Source: Escherichia phage vB_EcoP_ACG-C91
Sequence record: NC_019403.1
Reading direction: 5' to 3' (one strand)
DNA length: 43,731 bases
Part shown: positions 38,583-43,731 of the stretch, in pieces
How positions within the stretch are numbered: the stretch's first letter is position 1
Layout: each line of letters begins with the position of its first letter
Notes under the pieces: generated by a model
The model's database searches: none
What the model was told of the DNA's origin: nothing
The model's input: only the letters and a program-made list of their open reading frames with translations
Program-made: the position numbers and the translations under genes

Positions 38583-38601
38583 TTACCGGACACTATAGAA
38601 G
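38582..38601 (+). promoter_or_regulatory. Phage-RNAP promoter immediately after terminase stop
   Basis: AATTACCGGACACTATAGAAG, one mismatch from consensus. Confidence 0.7.
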
Positions 38602-38738
38602 GAAGGCCCAGATAATAAGAGAAATAACAAGGATAATATAGGTTAACCTAGGTTATATAGGTATTCCTTAGTATGGGTGTACTCCTGTACACCCTATTCC
38701 TTACTTCCTTACTATACTTACATAATAGGAGAGAGAGA

Positions 38739-39017
38739 ATGTCTAATAGTTATAGTACACAACCTCTTACAGGTAAGTCTGCTCGTAAGCAGATACAACC
38801 TGTTAGTGAAGCCCTGATGCTTCCTGTAGTTTACGGGGACACTGTTGAGAAGAAAGGTGATGTTATTAATGATGCCACCAAATCAGGTAAGCAGAAAGGG
38901 GCCATGGTGTGTCTTGATACACATGATAACCTGGTTATTGCTATCGCAGTTGATGGCAAAGAAGATTCCAATTGGTTGACAGTTAATAAAGCGGTCACTA
39001 CTATTACCCCAGTTTAA
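38739..39017 (+). CDS. Hypothetical protein (92 aa), paralog of the next gene
   Basis: ATG 38739 with AGGAGAG RBS; shares MSN start, SGKQKG(A/S)MV and IAIA motifs with ORF 39030. Confidence 0.65.
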   Translation: MSNSYSTQPLTGKSARKQIQPVSEALMLPVVYGDTVEKKGDVINDATKSGKQKGAMVCLDTHDNLVIAIAVDGKEDSNWLTVNKAVTTITPV

Positions 39018-39029
39018 GAGGAGAATTAC

Positions 39030-39347
39030 ATGTCTAATTATGGAGACGCAGATACTGTTACGGGTCAGGCTTTTCGAGTAAAAACTGTACAAACAACTGC
39101 AACGGCAATTCCTTTGCCTATTGTTGCTGAAGCAGACCTTAAGAAGAAAGATCACCCTATCAACATTAAACACCTATCTGGTAAACAGAAAGGCTCCATG
39201 GTTGCTGTAGAGAAAGCAGGCAACCCCTTGTACATCGCTATTGCACGTGGTAGTGAACCTACTGACCCTTGGGATGCAACCGCTATGGAGTCGACCCCTG
39301 TAACCCCTAAGGGCTTAATTGTAAAAGATGAGGTCAATAGTGCTTAA
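39030..39347 (+). CDS. Hypothetical protein (105 aa), paralog of the previous gene
   Basis: ORF track; AAGAGGAG RBS. Confidence 0.65.
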   Translation: MSNYGDADTVTGQAFRVKTVQTTATAIPLPIVAEADLKKKDHPINIKHLSGKQKGSMVAVEKAGNPLYIAIARGSEPTDPWDATAMESTPVTPKGLIVKDEVNSA

Positions 39348-39684
39348 CAAGTACTTCAAGCGTAAAGAGTTTGCTTGCCGTTGTGGGTGCGGTACATCCA
39401 CTGTTGATGCTGAGTTATTACAGGTAGTCACAGATGTACGTGAGCATTTTGGCGTACCTGTAGTTATCACTTCTGGTCATCGCTGTGCTAAGCACAACGC
39501 CAACGTAGGTGGAGCTAAGAACTCCATGCATCTTACAGGTAAGGCTGCTGATATTAAGGTACAAGGTATTACACCGTATCGTGTATGGTCTTACCTAACA
39601 GCACGATACCCTAATAGATATGGAATTGGGTCTTACCAAAACTTCACTCACATTGATGTACGAGATGGGTGTGCGCGATGGTAA
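39328..39684 (+). CDS. Endolysin, peptidase M15 family (L-alanyl-D-glutamate peptidase-like)
   Basis: SGHRCAKHNANVGGAKNSMHLTGKAADI...THIDVR: zinc-binding H/D/H signature of M15 peptidases; start may be GTG 39340. Confidence 0.85.
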   Translation: MRSIVLNKYFKRKEFACRCGCGTSTVDAELLQVVTDVREHFGVPVVITSGHRCAKHNANVGGAKNSMHLTGKAADIKVQGITPYRVWSYLTARYPNRYGIGSYQNFTHIDVRDGCARW

Positions 39685-39809
39685 GTTGTGTTGAATGGTG
39701 TGAACGCATGGTTGCTCAAGCTGCCGAGGACGGCAACTATGATGACTGGAAGAACTACTCAGACCTGTTAGCTCAATGGAAGGGGAGATGCAATGAAAAA
39801 GTTGTTTAA
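39678..39809 (+). CDS. Small hypothetical protein (43 aa)
   Basis: ATG overlaps endolysin stop; no TM; below ORF-track cutoff. Confidence 0.3.
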   Translation: MVSCVEWCERMVAQAAEDGNYDDWKNYSDLLAQWKGRCNEKVV

Positions 39810-39942
39810 GTCTAAGAAGGTGGTAGGTGCACTGGTTGCACTGGTGATTGCCCTTGTTTCTGTAGGACTTGGCGTAGATTTTGGTGAAGGTACGGAAGGT
39901 TCCGTCACTGACGTGGTGTGCCAAGTAATCACCTGTGAATAA
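39793..39942 (+). CDS. Small membrane protein (49 aa), possible lysis accessory
   Basis: ATG with AAGGGGAG RBS; VVGALVALVIALVSVGLGV predicted TM. Confidence 0.45.
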   Translation: MKKLFKSKKVVGALVALVIALVSVGLGVDFGEGTEGSVTDVVCQVITCE

Positions 39943-40156
39943 GGTGCTTGAGGTGGTGGCAGGCCTTATTGGCCTGCTGCTTGCCGCTAAGAAGAAAAAG
40001 GAAGACAAGGAGGCACAAAGTGAAGCGAATCGTGCTAGCGACAATCCTGCTGATTGGTTCGCTGATCACTTCAGGGTGTCAGACGGCGTTACCAGAGAGT
40101 CAAAAGGTAAAGCCGCTGAAGCAGACGCTGACGGCAGTTTACGAGGTAGACGATAA
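39935..40156 (+). CDS. Putative i-spanin (Rz-like)
   Basis: N-terminal TM (VLEVVAGLIGLLLAA) followed by charged domain; GTG start; contains the o-spanin ORF in another frame. Confidence 0.5.
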   Translation: MNKVLEVVAGLIGLLLAAKKKKEDKEAQSEANRASDNPADWFADHFRVSDGVTRESKGKAAEADADGSLRGRR

Positions 40157-40229
40157 GGTCTGCTTTAGTAAGCCTGACGCTACAAAACTTGGTTTGTACA
40201 TTCTTTCGCTAGAACGCGGATATAATTAA
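40020..40229 (+). CDS. Putative o-spanin (Rz1-like lipoprotein), embedded/overlapping in i-spanin gene
   Basis: GTG 40020 7 nt after AAGGAGG; signal peptide with lipobox-like ...LITSGC followed by Pro-containing mature region. Confidence 0.55.
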   Translation: MKRIVLATILLIGSLITSGCQTALPESQKVKPLKQTLTAVYEVDDKVCFSKPDATKLGLYILSLERGYN

Positions 40230-40258
40230 TACATAGCTTTATGTATCAGTGTCTTACG

Positions 40259-40279
40259 ATTTACTGGACACTATAGAAG
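40259..40279 (+). promoter_or_regulatory. Phage-RNAP promoter upstream of tailspike genes
   Basis: ATTTACTGGACACTATAGAAG exact consensus. Confidence 0.75.
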
Positions 40280-40361
40280 AGATAAGATAGTGCCGTTCGT
40301 TTGAGCGGCCTATTACTAGCCAATCTTCATAGAGAGGGTTGGAATAGTAATAGGAGATTAT

Positions 40362-40697
40362 ATGGGTAAGTTAACTAAACCAAAGACAACTGGCTTGCTG
40401 CATGGAAACACTCTAGTATCTACCTTGTTAGATAATTTGGTATCTAAGAGGCGTGTTACGTTTGAGAGAGTAGTACCAAGTGAAGATACTAAAATTGAGA
40501 TAGAAGTACCAGCAACAGGAGATTTAGATTCTTCATGGGTATCAATTGTATCATTAAGTACACCTGCACTTTGTACAGCTTGGATCACTAAACTGTCAGA
40601 TACTACTTTAGAGATTCATGTCTTTCATACAGCACAAGTCGAAATAGACATAGAGGTAGATGTTTACTATCTGGGTAAACATGTTATCAGTGCGTAA
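40362..40697 (+). CDS. 111-aa protein upstream of endosialidase (tailspike-locus ORF)
   Basis: ORF track; position and length match the small ORF I recall preceding the endosialidase gene in coliphage K1E (where K1-5 carries a K5 lyase). Confidence 0.65.
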   Translation: MGKLTKPKTTGLLHGNTLVSTLLDNLVSKRRVTFERVVPSEDTKIEIEVPATGDLDSSWVSIVSLSTPALCTAWITKLSDTTLEIHVFHTAQVEIDIEVDVYYLGKHVISA

Positions 40698-40763
40698 GCA
40701 CTGCTTTCACGCAAATTTTCTTAAAGGTTATCATGGTGGTAGCCTTTCAGAAGAGGAGGTAAT

Positions 40764-43199
40764 ATGCTTCAGAGACTTGGGGCTTCTTTGGTAAAATTTA
40801 AAAGTAAACTGCTGAACTCTGCATATCGCAACCTTGATGATAAGCTAACGGAGTTAGTATCATTAAAAGATTTCGGTGCTAAAGGGGACGGAGTTACTAA
40901 CGATAACGCAGCAGTGGTTGCAGCTATGGCTACTGGTAAGCGTATCGATGGGGCAGGCGCTACTTATAAGGTAGATGCACTACCTGACATGGAACGCTTC
41001 TACAATACGAGATTTGTATGGGAGAGGGTTGCAGGTCAACCTCTTTACTATGTAAGTCAGGGTTTTATTAATGGTGAGTTGTATAAGATTACAGACAACC
41101 CGTACTACAACGCTTGGCCTCAAGATAAAGCCTTTGTATACGAGAACGTAATTTACGCACCTTATATGGGTAGTGACCGTCACGGTGTTAGCCGTCTCCA
41201 TGTGTCATGGGTTAAGTCTGGTGACGATGGTCAAACATGGTCTACTCCAGAGTGGCTTACTGACTTGCACCCAGAGTATCCTACAGTGAACTATCATTGT
41301 ATGAGTATGGGTGTCTGCCGTAACCGCCTATTTGCTATGATTGAAACACGTACCTTAGCGAAGAACGCACTTACAAATTGTGCGCTATGGGATCGCCCTA
41401 TGTCTCGCAGTTTGCATCTCACTGGTGGTATCACGAAGGCAGCAAATCAGCGATATGCAACAATCCATGTACCTGATCACGGGCTGTTTGTGGGTGACTT
41501 TGTTAACTTCTCTAACTCTGCGGTAACAGGTGTATCTGGTGATATGAAGGTTGCAACGGTAATAGATAGGGACAACTTCACGGTTCTTACACCTAACCAG
41601 CAGGCCTCAGATTTGAATAACGCTGGAAAGAACTGGCATATGGGTACTTCATTCCATAAATCGCCATGGCGTAAGACAGATCTTGGCTTGATTCCTCGTG
41701 TTACTGAAGTACATAGCTTTGCTGCTATTGATAACAACGGCTTTGTTATGGGTTATCACCAAGGCGGTGCAGCTCCACGCGAAGTTGGACTATTCTACTT
41801 CCCTAACGCTTTCGATAATCCAGCGAACTATGTTCGTCGTCAGATACCTTCAGAGTATGAGCCAGATGCCGCAGAACCCTGCATCAAGTATTACGATGGT
41901 GTATTGTACCTCATCACCCGTGGTACTAGAAGCGATAGATTGGGAAGCTCTTTGCATCGCAGTAGAGATATAGGTCAGACTTGGGAGTCACTGAGATTTC
42001 CACATAATGTGCATCATACCACTTTACCATTTGCTAAAGTAGGCGATGAGCTTATTATGTTTGGTTCAGAGCGTGCAGAAAATGAATGGGAAGCAGGTGC
42101 ACCAGATGATCGTTACAAGGCATCTTATCCTCGTACCTTCTATGCACGATTGAATGTAAACAAGTGGAGTGCAGATGACATTGAGTGGGTGAACATCACA
42201 GACCAAATCTATCAGGGTGATATTGTAAACTCTAGTGTAGGTGTAGGTTCTGTTGTAGTTAAAGACAGCTATATCTACTACATCTTTGGTGGCGAAAACC
42301 ATTTCAACCCAATGACTTATGGTGACAACAAAGGTAAAGACCCATTTACGGGACATGGACACCCTACTGATATATACTGCTATAAGATGCAGATTGCAAA
42401 CGACACTCGTGTATCTCGTAAGTTCACATATGGTGCAACACCGGGTCAGGCTATACCTACCTTCATGGGCACTGATGGTGTACGAGATATTCCTGCACCT
42501 TTGTACTTCTCAAACGACATCACTACCGAGGATGCTAAAGTTGGACACTTGACTCTTAGAGCAACTACCAGTGCCAACATTAGGTCTGAAGTGCAGATGG
42601 AAGGTGAGTACGGTTTTATTGCTAAGGCTGTTCCAAAGACCAACCCATCAGGTCAACGTTTACTTCTTTGTGGTGGAGAAGGGACTTCATCTTCCACAGG
42701 TGCACAGATAACGTTGCATGGCGCTAATTCAAGTAAACCTAAGCGTATCACCTATAACGGGAATGAACACCTATTCCAAGGTGCACCAATCATGCCTGCT
42801 GTAGATAACCAGTTTGCTGCTGGCGGACCTCGTAACCGATTCACTACTATCTACTTAGGTAGTGACCCTGTTACCACTTCCGATGCTGACCATAAGTATG
42901 GTATCTCTGGTATTGACACCAAGGTATTAAAGGCTTGGAGTCTTGTTGGCTTCAAACAGTACGGTTTGAATAGTGAAGCAGAACGAAACCTTGATAGTGT
43001 ACACTTTGGTGTTTTGGCTCAGGACATCGTAGCTGCTTTTGAAGCTGAAGGTTTGGATGCCATCAAGTACGGGATTGTGTCCTTCGAAGAAGGTAGGTAT
43101 GGTGTAAGGTATAGTGAAGTCCTCATTCTAGAGGCTGCTTATACTCGCTATCGTCTAGATAAATTAGAGGAGATGTATGCCACTAATAAAGTCAGTTAA
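40764..43199 (+). CDS. Endosialidase (endo-N-acetylneuraminidase) tailspike with C-terminal intramolecular chaperone domain
   Basis: 811 aa; two Asp-boxes (SGDDGQTWS, SRDIGQTWES); C-terminal ...GISGIDTKVLKAWSLVGFKQYGLNSEAERNLDSVHFGVLAQDIVAAFEAEGLDAIKYGIVSFEE... typical of the auto-cleaving chaperone domain; AGGAGG RBS. Confidence 0.9.
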   Translation: MLQRLGASLVKFKSKLLNSAYRNLDDKLTELVSLKDFGAKGDGVTNDNAAVVAAMATGKRIDGAGATYKVDALPDMERFYNTRFVWERVAGQPLYYVSQGFINGELYKITDNPYYNAWPQDKAFVYENVIYAPYMGSDRHGVSRLHVSWVKSGDDGQTWSTPEWLTDLHPEYPTVNYHCMSMGVCRNRLFAMIETRTLAKNALTNCALWDRPMSRSLHLTGGITKAANQRYATIHVPDHGLFVGDFVNFSNSAVTGVSGDMKVATVIDRDNFTVLTPNQQASDLNNAGKNWHMGTSFHKSPWRKTDLGLIPRVTEVHSFAAIDNNGFVMGYHQGGAAPREVGLFYFPNAFDNPANYVRRQIPSEYEPDAAEPCIKYYDGVLYLITRGTRSDRLGSSLHRSRDIGQTWESLRFPHNVHHTTLPFAKVGDELIMFGSERAENEWEAGAPDDRYKASYPRTFYARLNVNKWSADDIEWVNITDQIYQGDIVNSSVGVGSVVVKDSYIYYIFGGENHFNPMTYGDNKGKDPFTGHGHPTDIYCYKMQIANDTRVSRKFTYGATPGQAIPTFMGTDGVRDIPAPLYFSNDITTEDAKVGHLTLRATTSANIRSEVQMEGEYGFIAKAVPKTNPSGQRLLLCGGEGTSSSTGAQITLHGANSSKPKRITYNGNEHLFQGAPIMPAVDNQFAAGGPRNRFTTIYLGSDPVTTSDADHKYGISGIDTKVLKAWSLVGFKQYGLNSEAERNLDSVHFGVLAQDIVAAFEAEGLDAIKYGIVSFEEGRYGVRYSEVLILEAAYTRYRLDKLEEMYATNKVS

Positions 43200-43326
43200 G
43201 CAAAGTATTGTACGACAGAACACAGAAGAACTCATTCAATCAGGACGTGACCCTAAGCAGGCTTATGCCATTGCCAAGGATGTACAACGTCGTGCCTTGA
43301 AGAAGCCTTCTGCATCTTCTGCGTAA
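43177..43326 (+). CDS. Small basic protein (49 aa) overlapping endosialidase 3' end
   Basis: ATG 43177 with GAGGAG RBS at 6 nt; below ORF-track cutoff. Confidence 0.35.
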   Translation: MPLIKSVKQSIVRQNTEELIQSGRDPKQAYAIAKDVQRRALKKPSASSA

Positions 43327-43329
43327 GCA

Positions 43330-43731
43330 GGTTAATATCTTAGTGTACACAAGGGCAGACCTATGATAGCTCACAGCACACCTATGAGTGCCGCTCTGGA
43401 GTCTATGACTTGTTCCCTGACTATCTAGGTTTGCTCTTAGTGTGTTTCAAAGGAGGTATGTATGCTGTATATAATGGTTGGTAGCTTATGGGTAATCATG
43501 GCTTTCTTCTTTCTAGCATGGTTGTTAGGTTGGAGGCCAAGCTGTTCATAGGGTGCACCTTAGTGTTGTACAAGGAGGGTGTAGGTATGCTGTCTTTGTT
43601 GTGTATACTTAGTGATATGCTAAGTCGTAAGAGGTACATTCTTAGTGAAGACCAAATAAGGGATGAGAGGATACGGAGGTCGCTCACAAAGTAACCAAAG
43701 TCAAAATTTTGATATAGGCGTGTGTCAGCTC
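43330..43731. repeat. Right terminal non-coding region with CTTAGTG-containing short repeats and duplicated RBS-like elements
   Basis: cttagtgtacacaaggg, ctcttagtgtg, caccttagtgttgtacaaggaggg, tacttagtgatatgc, cattcttagtgaag; mirrors left-end repeat content. Confidence 0.4.

Noticed and set aside
43488-43694. 68-aa + strand ORF in the right terminal region
   Set aside because: No RBS at its start and it lies within the terminal repeat-rich region; two shorter RBS-preceded ORFs (ATG 43461, ATG 43587) are also there, but I could not support any of them as genes
1-43731. tRNA genes, CRISPR arrays, integrase or other lysogeny functions
   Set aside because: No cloverleaf-like conserved tRNA features, no regularly spaced direct repeats, and no integrase/repressor-like ORFs seen; consistent with a strictly lytic T7-supergroup phage

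Overview
The window reads as a nearly complete genome of a lytic SP6-like podophage (Autographiviridae; K1E/K1-5-type), with every supported gene on the + strand. Gene order is T7-supergroup: a GC-rich left end with short repeats, early genes including a clear T7 Ocr (gp0.3) homolog, a single-subunit RNA polymerase whose sequence I recognise as SP6-RNAP-like, a replication block (gp1.1-like, primase/helicase, family-A DNA polymerase, exonuclease, endonuclease VII-like resolvase, metallophosphoesterase, ATP-dependent ligase), then structural genes (portal, scaffold, capsid, tail tube A/B, three internal virion proteins, tail adaptor), holin, terminase, M15 endolysin, spanins, and a terminal endosialidase tailspike (Asp-boxes plus C-terminal chaperone domain) preceded by a 111-aa ORF. 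About a dozen phage-RNAP promoters of consensus ATTTAC(T/C)GGACACTATAGAAG and three rho-independent terminators are visible. I could not identify one unmistakable novel system. The most checkable candidates are a GNAT acetyltransferase beside the morphogenesis genes, an early module (Ocr, small secreted protein, DUF3102-like protein), an HNH endonuclease inserted between holin and small terminase, a conserved 16-bp palindrome recurring six times, and tandem paralogous small proteins after the terminase. All homology calls rest on motif recognition and recalled sequences, not on database searches.
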